Assembly (NCBI GenBank): GCA_900617105.1 | Contig: UYFQ01000829.1 | Coordinates: forward strand, 51,348 to 71,347 | DNA: 20,000 nt | Source: Hydrurus foetidus | Taxonomy: Eukaryota | Direction: 5' to 3' | Shown: piece by piece, positions 9,583-19,725 of the stretch | Position numbering within the stretch: the stretch's first letter is position 1 | Layout: every line of letters begins with the position of its first letter | Made by a program: the position numbers and the translations under genes | The notes under the pieces: generated by a model | What the model was told of the DNA's origin: nothing | What the model saw: the letters and a program-made list of their open reading frames with translations, nothing else | Database searches by the model: none

Positions 9583-11469
9583 GCAAGATACATTATTCCT
9601 CACCTGTACAATCACCCACACTTACACCTATACATACACCTGCACTTACATTCACACATACACCCGTACATACACACACCGATCCTCCATGTTTGGCTGA
9701 TTCCACTAGCGGAATTGAAACATGTGATCATATTGTTTTTAGTGTCAACACATGTAATATATATCATGCGATTAGAGTAAGACACATCCTGCTTGACACA
9801 TGTGCTGGTGAGTCGGTATTCAACGACTCATCCCTGCTGTATAATGTCGAACACGCACCCACACCTATGATTGTTAGCGGGGTGAATCCGAAAGGAAAAC
9901 CGCTGATAATCAAGAAACGTGGGGTGTCGGCGTTCGGCAATGTTTATTATAGCCCTGACTGTGCTGGTAATATACTATCCTTTGGTAATGCTGTACGTGA
10001 CTGTCCTGATGTTAAGTACTTACATGAGTACGATTGTTATATAGTACAGGATGTCAGTGGAAAATATTTTTATAGATTTTCACGTGATGAGACTATGAAT
10101 ATTTACCAGTGTAACCTTGACACAATGGTAACAGAGTGTATGCCAATGTTAGTTACTACAGTAGACGAGAGAAAAAAGAAATATACAGTAAGAGAGGTCA
10201 GAGACGCGTCGTTAGCCAGAGACTACCAGCGTAGATTAGGATACGCTAGCGCAGCACAAACTATTAAGTTGATATCCCAAGGGAATTTGACTAACAGCAA
10301 AGTGACTGCGCGAGACGTACATAGAGCAATTGACATATGGGGATCTGACGTGGGATCCCTTAAGGGGAAGACCACTAGTCACCAAGCTAAGATAGAAGAG
10401 AAACTTCCAGTGACAGGAAGAGAACACGAAACAGAACAGATAATGTATATAGATATTATGTTTGTTAATCAGATACCTTACCTAGTCACAGTTGTGCAGC
10501 CAATCGAGTTTCTATTTGTAAGTAAATTAGCAAAGAGAGATGAGAAAACATTATAAAACAGTCTAAAGACAGCTATAGCTAGCATGACAAAGTATAATTT
10601 CAGAATAAAATGATTCAAGTTGACGGTGAAGGCGGTATAAATACAGAATGGTTCCATAACAAAGTCGGTTTAAGAGGAATTGTATTAGACACGACTGGAG
10701 CTGAGGAAACCGTAGCCGTAGTGGAGCGTAAGATTAGGCATATTAATGAAAGAGTCAGATCAGTTGTTAATACGCTACCATTCGATTTAAGTGAGAAGCT
10801 CGAAGTGTGGTTAGTTAAGTATGCAGTCAGTAGAATTGTATTAGCTCCCACACGTAACTCTAACAATCACATCAGCCCACGAGAGAAACTTAGTGGTGGA
10901 AAGATTGATGTAGATAAAGAGATTAAACATGGCTTCGGTGACTATGTGCAAGTGCATAATGATGTTATCGATAATTCCACTAAACCAAGAACTTCCGGGG
11001 CCATAGCACTTATGAGCTCCGGTAATCTAGAAGGTTCATGGTATTACATGCTGCTTGCCAATGAACAGATAGTTAAGAGAACTAAGGCTACTGTTCTACC
11101 CATGCCCAATGAAGTAATGTTGCATTTGAATAAACTTGCTTTGAACAGAAAAACTGCCAATGTTAAGTCACCTGTATTTGAGAATAGCCAAACAGTTTTC
11201 GATGATGATGACGATGTTGAAGATGACAATGATTACATTGGTGATGTCGAATACGAAATTGTCGATGAAAATGCTAACGCAGATTACACCGATCAAATAA
11301 TTGAAGATGACGATCACAATGATAATGAAACACATCTTGAATCACAACTCGATATGTCTGATGAAAATCACCCACCCACATTAGATGAGTATGTAGACGA
11401 CACACTATATGTGAACGACACTGTGTATGATAATGACGAACCCTATTATGTTGACACACATGACACCAC
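9573..11469 (+). pseudogene. Pol 5' half of outer Copia: protease and integrase
   Basis: ILLDTCAGES (protease), NIY..QRRLGY (pre-integrase), YIDIMFV / QVDGEG / VVERKIR (DDE), FGDYVQV. TAA at 10554-10556 and a frameshift near 10609. Confidence 0.88.
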
Positions 11470-11587
11470 TGTAAGACTAAATACAAGATGTCACCTTCTA
11501 GCGTTCGCAGCGAAGGTGGAGAAGCAGCTGCAGGCTACTGTCTCAATTCAGTGAGCTATCGAGTAGACGAAGCTGTGAAGTACAACG
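11470..11587 (-). repeat. Remnant (U5 end) of the 3' LTR of the nested element
   Basis: Identical by eye over 118 bp to 16483-16600. Confidence 0.95.
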
Positions 11588-12950
11588 ATTCAATGTTTTG
11601 AATCGGTGTATTAATACCAATGTCATTATCATCGATGTCGGATTTGTTATTTGTATCTCTAATTGGTGTTGGATCAAACGGTATATTCTGTTTTGTTGAT
11701 TTGATATTAGTCGATCCAGATTTATTAACAATTTTGTTATTGTTAATCACATTTGGATGTATTTTCGCTGGAATAGGATTTTCAGGGGTTCGATTCTGAA
11801 TAATGCAAGGTATTACAGATACAGGGTGTATTGGAATAGCTGGAGTTGCTAGTTGTTGTTCAGAATCTTTTTCAACTACCTTGTTAGCTGGTAGGACTGC
11901 AGAGATATCGTTATTGATATTCTGGTGTAAATTAGAAAAGTCAAGATCGGATGGGTACTCGTCCGTGTAATTATAATTATTGTCTTTGTCGAAAATGACG
12001 TCCTTACTTGTCCTAATTTTGCCGAAGATTCCGGTTGGTAGTATTTCGATGACCTTAAAACAAGGCTCGAGCGTTCTCGATAAATCGTAACCAACGAATC
12101 TGGCTTTGTATGCACGAGGAAAACCGATTTTTCCTTTCCTATCTTCAAGCGCGATGTGAACCCAACATAAGCTCCAAAAGGCCTTGAGGTTCTTGAGGAT
12201 TACATGCTTTCCAGTGATGAGATGATACGGTGATGTCTTGATTGCTGAATGGTAATTGAATGCATGGGTGATGCATGTATACTCAAAGGCAAGATCCCAG
12301 AACTTCTGTGGTACTGACATCCCTAAAGGTTGCATGGTGATGTTGCACTTCATCGATAAGACGCCTACTGCACGTTCTGCGATTCCATTTGCATGTTTGT
12401 CGCGAGGTGGTGTTGGCTCAAGTCGATATCCGAAGTTGTGAAGGCATTGAAGGAATTCAGCTGACCGATAAGATTTCTCTGCATCGGCTCTGATGAATCG
12501 GTCTACGCCTGGAAGCGAGGGCTTCCACTCAGGATGTGATTGGAAGAGGGTGGAGAAGCTTTTGACAAGTTCTGCAGCTCCCCGGTCTTTCGTGAAGCAT
12601 GGATAACTTCGTCTTGTAGATAAGTCCGTGATGATATCGCAGTACTTATAACCGGCCTGTGACCGGTGTGTATGTGTATACGCGTCAAGTGAGAATTGAC
12701 TGCCGTAGCAAGGAGATGGCAAACGGTGTATACGAAGATGGTCCGTAGAGGTCTGTCGCATCGTGCCCTGTACGCATGCTGCGCATATTGGTCTTGGTGT
12801 AGATGCATCCAAGTTGGAGTAGTGTGCTCCAATGGTGTGCTGTCGGTGCCAGGCCATACCCTCTTCGCCAGGGTGTCCTAGTACGCGATGCACGTGGTCA
12901 TAAATCGAAAGCTCCTTTACACTCGTGACCAAGAGTTGAGCCGGTTGCAC
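11588..12950 (-). CDS. Integrase region of nested Copia pol, truncated by deletion
   Basis: HRVLGH..CAAC (HHCC); FSLDAY / IRADAE / GIAERA (DDE); RAYKARFVGY. In frame with the protease ORF across one TGA. Confidence 0.9.
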
Positions 12951-13466
12951 TCAGTTGGAGTCCAGCAAGTAGAGGCCTTCCTCTACCTTGCCACTCATAA
13001 CTGGGTGAGCTGTCTTTGAAATTGTCTGAAGGTGTGGGATGACATCTATCGCATTGAAGAACTTGCAGTCCTTAGAGGTGAAGATGCCCACAAATCCCTT
13101 TGCACACGCTTGAGACACTGAGAGCAGTGTAGTATCATTCATTTGATCGATGACAATAGTCTTGAGCATGAATGGTGGGAGTAGTCCCATCTCAGTAGGC
13201 TGGGCAGTCTCCCCGAAAGCTGCTGAGACACTGCATGATGTAGGTCTAAGGTCACGGAGACTGCTGCGCAATCCAGTACCAGATGTAGATGCACCACTGT
13301 CAATGACTGTCTTGTGACTTGTCTTCTTGAATGACATGAATTTGCTGTCTTTGTCTGTAACTGTAAGTAAGTTGAGACTCTTTTTCTCAGCCAGTGCTCT
13401 TGCTTTTGCACGACGTGTGGCAGACACTGAATCTCTTGATGGTGATTTGGCTGGCGGAGTGCGCAT
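12951..13466 (-). CDS. Aspartic protease region of nested Copia pol
   Basis: VIDSGAST active site, LLSVSQ, and GLYLLD. Confidence 0.88.
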   Translation of the reverse strand: MRTPPAKSPSRDSVSATRRAKARALAEKKSLNLLTVTDKDSKFMSFKKTSHKTVIDSGASTSGTGLRSSLRDLRPTSCSVSAAFGETAQPTEMGLLPPFMLKTIVIDQMNDTTLLSVSQACAKGFVGIFTSKDCKFFNAIDVIPHLQTISKTAHPVMSGKVEEGLYLLDSN

Positions 13467-16395
13467 TCAAAATATCTTGTGTAGATTGCTGAGAGTCGAG
13501 TGACATGGGAGGATGCTCCAGCTGCAATGTTTGCTGCTCTTCCTCCTTGATCGTATATGGGACTGATACAATCATACGAGGTACACCAGCAGTCTTAAGT
13601 GCTGGAACAATATCATCAGTAACAAGAGGAGGGTCTTGAAGCATTGGTGGAAGCATTGAGCTGGATGTTCCTGGTGTCTCCTTGAACTCATTGTCATCTG
13701 ATGTTTTGATGATCTTCCTGCGTGCTGGACGCTTGGTATCAGTCTGGATTGACGCCCACAGACTGCGTTTATGACCCATCACGTATGGGTGATTGTATCG
13801 GGTCAGGTCTTCTTGGCATCTCCTGTGATGATCAGATGATGACCCCGGTGGAGTCATGTCTATGTCATCACCTTCTGATTCATCGTCACTATATTCGTCG
13901 TCATCATCATCATCATTATCATCATCATTTTCTTCAGTGTGGTCAGTCGTCTCACTAAGCAGGTCCTCTCTGTTGATGGCACTCATACGTGAATATGATG
14001 TCGTGATGGGGCTTGTCTGCAATGCATAAGACTGTGGTGCTGGAGGCATTGGTTTGATGTTGTTGATGATTGCAGAGAAAGCATCGTGGAAGACTATCTG
14101 ATCCAAGAACTGTGCGTTGGATCGATATGTATTCAATGTGAATAACACATTTGCTCTTGTCTGGGATTCGTCAGCTTGCATTTGCACTGCATCACGAAGT
14201 AGTTGCGCGCAGAATGACATGAAGTCGTAGATAATAGCCAAAGAGAGAATACGTAGAAGTCGCCATGGAATGTCAGGATGCTCCATGATGTATCTGATAG
14301 CCACAAAGTACTTCTCCACGTTTCTCATGTTTGATTGGTAAAACCCATAGTCGTCGGAATGATAGAATTTGTCGGAGAGAGGGTTGAAGTTCATATAACT
14401 GAAATTTTCGGAACCCTCCCTGTCTGGAATCAACACGTCGGCGTTCAAGAACCTGTTTCCAATTTTGTAGAGCATACGCATAAGCCGTTTGTCTGCTGTA
14501 CGAACATCTTCTCGGATTTTCACGGATCTCGAGATGGTTGGGCTCTCTGAAAGCCATGTGAATGCCACCAAGATGTGTACCATCCTTGGTTCAGCTGCTG
14601 TCAGGTCTTGGAAGCTGACAACAATTCCGGAGAGAGGATCAGTAGGAGATCCATCGTAGTCGCTGGGAGATGAACCGGCGAATCTGTTGTACTTCTCGAC
14701 CGAGTTGAGCATTGTGAACAGGTGACGTCTGATCTCACGAAGTCTTGGAAAGGGCTCAAGGTGGTAGAATTCTGGGAACTCTGCAATGGATGTCGTTGAT
14801 TGTTCCTTGAAGCGAAGAACATTGAACCGATCGATATGGTTGCTCGACCCATCGCCATTGAAGTACTGAGGATCTCCTGTTGTCCAGCCGTCAACATCAG
14901 CAGATTGTAAAGTCCTGATGGTTGTAAGTTGGTTCAGCGAATATCCAGCTGGATTCTTTGCCGTTGCAACTCCTTTGGGATATCCAACCAGTGACCGATG
15001 GGAATCTGACACGATGATTGGTTTCTTGAAAGGAAACTTCGGTGGAGTCTTCTGATCTTTCTTGAGAGGAGGTGGGTTCTTGTTGGGCTTCTTGTCAGAT
15101 GGTGCTCCCTTGTTTGGCGGCGCTGCTGCATGTGAATACTTGCATGAGGAACCGTTGGTACATAGGCCAGCGATGTGACGTCTGCACAGCTCCAAGGTTG
15201 GAGTAAGGGAAGCCATCTTGTGAGCTACCGCTGGGGCAGGATCAAGAAGCACAAGGTATTTGATGGTGTCGTCGTAGGATGCCTTTGACGTCTTTGATGA
15301 GGCCATGATTGATAAGACGCTGAATCTTGCATCATGCTCCAGCTTTTCTTGTAGATGATAAAGCTTTTGATCATCAGTGACGGGCACGCCACTTGCGACT
15401 TTGAGGACTCTGAAGGCCTCTTCGATGGTTGCCACATTCTCCTGAATGGTTTGTGTGGACTTGAGCTTCAGGGAGTGGAGCTGATCCGTTGCCTTCCTGA
15501 TGTCGCTGTTCTTTGTGCCGTTGATGTGATCGTAGATAGTCTTGAACCATAAGACCGCATCGTTGTCGGCAATCACACGCTTGATCAAATAATGTAAGTC
15601 TTTCCCAGTAACCATATTGAGAATAACCAATAAGCGATCCAAATCGTGTAATCTTTTGTAGATGTCATCAGCTGGGATGACATCATACAATCCTTCTTCT
15701 GCTAATACCAGTGACCTAGGTGAATACCCTCCAGGGTTCCGAGCAGTAATGACTGGTAACTCACGATCGCCTTTGGCTAATGTAAGAAGTTTACATTCAC
15801 CTAGAGCGACCATGAACGTTTCCATGTTGTCGCGGTTGTCCTTCCCAGAGTTGGAAAACTTGGGCATCGAAAAGAAGAATTTCGATTGCGCAGAGGTTGT
15901 ATCCAGGTATTCCGATATGGGCACCGATAGGATAGAAGAAGCCTTGGGCGTTGAAGCAGTTGGAATAGAAGCAGATCCAACTGTTGATTTCGGTTGGGAG
16001 ACCAACGGTGGAGGCTGTTGGATCTTAGAAGACATAATGTCGATGAGCCTTGCCACATCGGCGAAGGAAAATCTTGTCTCTGCATCCTGAGCCTCCAAAT
16101 TGTCCGAAAATAAAGTTGGCGCTGTGGCTCCGAGATTCCGCGCCCGAGGTGCTAAAGGTGGTGTCGGAACAACCTCCTGATTTTGAAGGGCTAATTCCAC
16201 CTCGTCTAGAAAATCACTATTTGGATTTTCTAAAGGAGGAATTGCTCCTGTCCTAGATCTTGTAACTCGACCAGTGAAGATGGGTTGAGCTGCTTCGATC
16301 AGAGTTCCGAACGGATTGTGAAGGAGATCGGCAAGAGCCGGAGGAGAGTCTGTGCTGGACATATCTATCTCGTCTTCAGATCCATTGTCACTCAT
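13387..16395 (-). CDS. Extended Gag of nested Copia (1002 aa): capsid-like region, CCCH zinc finger, unknown domain, acidic linker
   Basis: First ORF after the PBS. AVLWFKTIYDH..LHSLKL..IEEAFRVL..VTDDQKLYHL resembles the Copia gag core, followed by CRRHIAGLCTNGSSCKYSH. Confidence 0.85.
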   Translation of the reverse strand: MSDNGSEDEIDMSSTDSPPALADLLHNPFGTLIEAAQPIFTGRVTRSRTGAIPPLENPNSDFLDEVELALQNQEVVPTPPLAPRARNLGATAPTLFSDNLEAQDAETRFSFADVARLIDIMSSKIQQPPPLVSQPKSTVGSASIPTASTPKASSILSVPISEYLDTTSAQSKFFFSMPKFSNSGKDNRDNMETFMVALGECKLLTLAKGDRELPVITARNPGGYSPRSLVLAEEGLYDVIPADDIYKRLHDLDRLLVILNMVTGKDLHYLIKRVIADNDAVLWFKTIYDHINGTKNSDIRKATDQLHSLKLKSTQTIQENVATIEEAFRVLKVASGVPVTDDQKLYHLQEKLEHDARFSVLSIMASSKTSKASYDDTIKYLVLLDPAPAVAHKMASLTPTLELCRRHIAGLCTNGSSCKYSHAAAPPNKGAPSDKKPNKNPPPLKKDQKTPPKFPFKKPIIVSDSHRSLVGYPKGVATAKNPAGYSLNQLTTIRTLQSADVDGWTTGDPQYFNGDGSSNHIDRFNVLRFKEQSTTSIAEFPEFYHLEPFPRLREIRRHLFTMLNSVEKYNRFAGSSPSDYDGSPTDPLSGIVVSFQDLTAAEPRMVHILVAFTWLSESPTISRSVKIREDVRTADKRLMRMLYKIGNRFLNADVLIPDREGSENFSYMNFNPLSDKFYHSDDYGFYQSNMRNVEKYFVAIRYIMEHPDIPWRLLRILSLAIIYDFMSFCAQLLRDAVQMQADESQTRANVLFTLNTYRSNAQFLDQIVFHDAFSAIINNIKPMPPAPQSYALQTSPITTSYSRMSAINREDLLSETTDHTEENDDDNDDDDDDEYSDDESEGDDIDMTPPGSSSDHHRRCQEDLTRYNHPYVMGHKRSLWASIQTDTKRPARRKIIKTSDDNEFKETPGTSSSMLPPMLQDPPLVTDDIVPALKTAGVPRMIVSVPYTIKEEEQQTLQLEHPPMSLDSQQSTQDILNAHSASQITIKRFSVCHTSCKSKSTG

Positions 16396-16473
16396 GATTG
16401 CAGGGCTCTGAAAGTTGAGGAAGGAAATTCAGAATCCTGGAATCCACGGCAATCGTTTAATCACTATAAACAA

Positions 16474-16482
16474 TCGCTACCA
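16474..16482 (-). promoter_or_regulatory. Primer binding site TGGTAGCGA
   Basis: Directly follows the LTR terminal CA on the minus strand. The first 8 nt equal the yeast Ty1 tRNA-iMet PBS (TGGTAGCG). The host tRNA identity was not verified. Confidence 0.8.
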
Positions 16483-17403
16483 TGTAAGACTAAATACAAG
16501 ATGTCACCTTCTAGCGTTCGCAGCGAAGGTGGAGAAGCAGCTGCAGGCTACTGTCTCAATTCAGTGAGCTATCGAGTAGACGAAGCTGTGAAGTACAACG
16601 TATTAAATTCTGATTAGAGTTTACAGATAGCCACGCAAAAGAGCTATCAGAACAGTTCATGACAGTGAAACTACCTTGAGACAAAGTTCACAGCGAGATG
16701 TGTTGTTCATAGCATGTGCTTGAGGAACGTTGCATGAATGCTTATAGTAACGAAGTGTTTTGGCGATACTGAAGAATCATGAAAGGCGAACGTTCATTTG
16801 CGTGAGGTCAGAGGGTTCGTACTAACTGATACATGGCGATAGTACAGGGGTACGTATGCGTGTATATGTATACGAACGTACATGCGTGAGTACTAACTGC
16901 TATATGGCGATATTATAGGAGTACGTATGCATGTGTATGTATAAGAACGTACATGCGTAAGTACAGTGGTACTTACGTATGTACGCCTATACATCTATGT
17001 ACTACGCTATTGGCGGCCGTACATACGTACATATTATATATGTACATACATGTGTAAGTACGTGTGTGTACGTATGCATATAATAATTTGTACTAACATG
17101 TGCACGTACGTATGTACGTGTGTGCGTGACCATACAAGTGTACGCTATGCTATGTGCGTGTGTACGTACGTACGTACATATTGACTATGTACGTACATGT
17201 GTAAGTACATGTGTGTATGTATGCATAAATGAGTATGCACTAACATGTGTAAGTACGTGTGTACGTGTGCACGTGTGCATGTTATCATATCTGCATGTGT
17301 ACTTACGTACGTACGTGTCGCATAACGTACATGTATATATTTGAAACTATATTTGCAACTATATTACTACAGACATATCTTGATAGAATCAAGTGGTCTG
17401 ACA
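16483..17403 (-). repeat. Complete 5' LTR (921 bp) of nested Copia
   Basis: TG..CA with an 8-bp imperfect terminal inverted repeat, bounded by the PBS on one side and the TSD on the other. Confidence 0.92.
16819..17340. repeat. 71-bp tandem duplication (16819-16889 / 16890-16960) followed by a TACG/TATG/TGTG low-complexity tract inside the LTR
   Basis: Two diverged copies of gtactaactg..atggcgata..gtacgtatgc..gaacgtacatgcgt, then alternating purine-pyrimidine runs. Confidence 0.85.
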
Positions 17404-19170
17404 ACCACACCTAAATATGACCAAGCACTGATTGACGATATATTTGGTTTGAGTGACGATGAAAATGATTCCGATGACGTACCCGTACAACCCGATGTAC
17501 CTGCACCACCCGAGATCATGATAGAAACTGTACACGACTTACCTGACATTGCTTCACCCATGTTGCGTAGAAGTGGCAGAAACCACCAACCCGGTAAATG
17601 GAACAAAAGATACATAGGTAGTATGTTTTATAATCACACTCACCTATACAAAATGACTGTTAATGAAGGAATTAATAAGTTAGGGGTGATAGCTGTTGAT
17701 TCCATAACATCTGAATTAAAACAAATGTGTGATAAGAATGTATGGGAAGGTGTAACCTATGAATCCCTTACCTCACAACAAAAACGTACCATCATATCTA
17801 GTAGCATGTTTCTTAAAGAAAAATATACTGCTGATGGAATGTTTGAAAAACTGAAATCTAGACTAGTAGCCGGTGGGCACTTACAAGATAGAGATGTATA
17901 TAACAATGGTGCATCACCCACTGCTAGCACATCTAGTGTATTCATTCTGACTGCAATTGCTGCTAGACAGAATCGTGCTGTCGCAACTGTTGATTTCCCC
18001 GGTGCATTCCTGAATAGTGATATGCCGCTGACTGGTGACCATGTTGTATACATGCGTTTAAATAAACAACTGACTGCCGCACTTATTAAAATTGATGCCA
18101 CATATAACAAGTACATTAATAACAATGGAACATGCATTGTCAAACTTAAAAAAGCTTTATATGGATGTGTTGAATCTGCTAAATTATGGTATGACAAACT
18201 ATCCAGTGATTTGATCAAATTCAATTATATTGCTAACGAATACGATATCTGCGTATTCAACTGAATTGAACCTGATAACACACAAACTTCACTCGTAATT
18301 CATTTTGATGATATGATCATTACTGCATCAAATGAATCTCGTATTGACGATGTTACAAAACAAATTGAAACTATACATCCCGGTCTAACGAAATATAGAG
18401 GAAAAGTTTTAAATTACATAGGCATGACTTTCGACTTCAGCAAGGAAGGTTGCGTTAAGATGACTATGGAGGGCTTTGTGCAAGACCTCATTGAGGGGTG
18501 TAAGGACATGCCGGGCACGGCAAACACACCCGCACGAGCTAACCTATTTACTGTACCTGATGAATCTGACTCACCCTTACCTGATAACTTGCGTGAGCGT
18601 TTTCATTCTATCACAGCGAAGCTGCTCTACCTGAGCAAGAGGACGAGGCCAGACATCCTGACTGCCGTAGCTTTCCTCACCAAGAGAGTGCTGAAGCCCC
18701 AGAGGGACGATTATGAGAAACTGATACGTACGATCCAGTACGTACGGGGTAACCAGCATATGGGAATAACTTTTGAAGTATTTGAACCTATTCATGCTAT
18801 TGCATATATCGACGCATCCTTTGCCATACACCCCGATATGAAAAGTCACACAGGTAGCGTTATCACCCTTGGTAAGGGAGCTATCTATGCCAAGAGTGGG
18901 AATCAGCGGCTGATGACAAAGTCGAGTACGGAGGCGGAGCTAGTCGCACTCAGCGACTCCGCCAACCAAGTCATTTGGACAAGAAGCTTCCTACAACTTC
19001 AGGGACACCATCAACCACCAGCCACCATCTACCAGGACAATCAGTCCACAATCCAACTCATACGTAACGGTCGTTCGAACAGTGAACGTACGCGTCACGT
19101 AGACATCCGGTACTTCTTTCTGCACGACAGAACACGCACCGGAGACATCGTCATCACCTACCTACCAAAA
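17404..19170 (+). pseudogene. Pol 3' half of outer Copia: reverse transcriptase and RNase H
   Basis: KLKSRLVAGG, VDFPGAFL, LKKALYG, HFDD at 18301-18312, RPDILTAV, YIDASFA, SSTEAELVA, YQDNQS and RHVDIRYFF. TGA at 18262-18264. The terminal ADxxTK motif is missing. Confidence 0.93.
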
Positions 19171-19237
19171 GAAAGTAATAAGATTAATACACGTAGTTAA
19201 GTATTTATCATAGAGTAACAAATCTAGCTTCTTCTTC

Positions 19238-19725
19238 GAGGAGGGGGCACTGTGACCCGTACACCGAGTATACCGGGTATACCGGGTTCGGATACAAACG
19301 TACGCACGGTTCGGATCGAGGACGATCCGATCCATACGATTTGTTGCGTGATATCTGCTGTGCTTATCTGTAAGCTAATCACATTGCTATCTTCTAGCAT
19401 CGTTCTCCAACCATTTCACCTTTGCCCTCCGCCGTCCGGATTCCCGTTCCAGCCAAGGCCTCAGTGAGACCACAGTAAGCTTACTTGGAATCAGCTAGCC
19501 TTTCAAGACGAAAGCCGATTACCAAATCAAGATTTCCCAAACCGCTAGCCGACTCATTTTCGAAGCGAAAAGAGATTGTCAATAGCTTTCTGTAACAGAA
19601 ACGACTATTAGACTATATAGAGAGTTGATTCGCAAAGCGACAGCCTCTATCTCTTCGTCTTAACGAAGCTCGATCTCAGCGATTCCTCGCTAAATCAAGA
19701 TTTCCCATCGAAAACTTTCGTCACA
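19238..19725 (+). mobile_element. Polypurine tract plus probable 3' LTR of a third LTR element
   Basis: GAGGAGGGGG at 19238-19247, 3 nt, then TGTGAC at 19251. Possible ends are TCACA at 19383 or GTCACA at 19725. No similarity to the other two LTRs. Confidence 0.4.

Larger units (their letters stand above)
11470..17403 (-). mobile_element. Nested Ty1/Copia LTR retrotransposon lacking RT/RNase H
   Basis: 5-bp TSD ACCAC at 11465-11469 and 17404-17408; termini TGTAAGAC..GTCTGACA; 118-bp identical LTR segments; PBS; gag-PR-IN order. Confidence 0.95.
8072..19170 (+). mobile_element. Outer Ty1/Copia LTR retrotransposon, decayed, interrupted by a nested insertion, 3' end lost
   Basis: Domain order gag(CCHC)-PR-IN-RT-RH is Copia-type. 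Removing 11470-17403 and one TSD copy rejoins IN and RT in frame (..DTTPKYDQ..). Both ends are approximate. Confidence 0.9.

Noticed and set aside
11470..16600. 118-bp direct repeats as complete short LTRs
   Set aside because: They do not end in CA and lack a TSD at 16601. The TSD and terminal CA are at 17403, so the left copy is a truncated LTR.
16966..17344. Cys/Tyr/Val-rich ORFs
   Set aside because: Translation artefacts of the TACG/TATG repeat.
18301..18312. HFDD as a novel RT catalytic motif
   Set aside because: One base from HVDD in a copy with several other lesions; most simply explained as decay.
241..19200. Alternative genetic code explaining the in-frame stops
   Set aside because: All three stop codons terminate or interrupt ORFs, host genes read cleanly with the standard code, and frameshifts accompany the stops.
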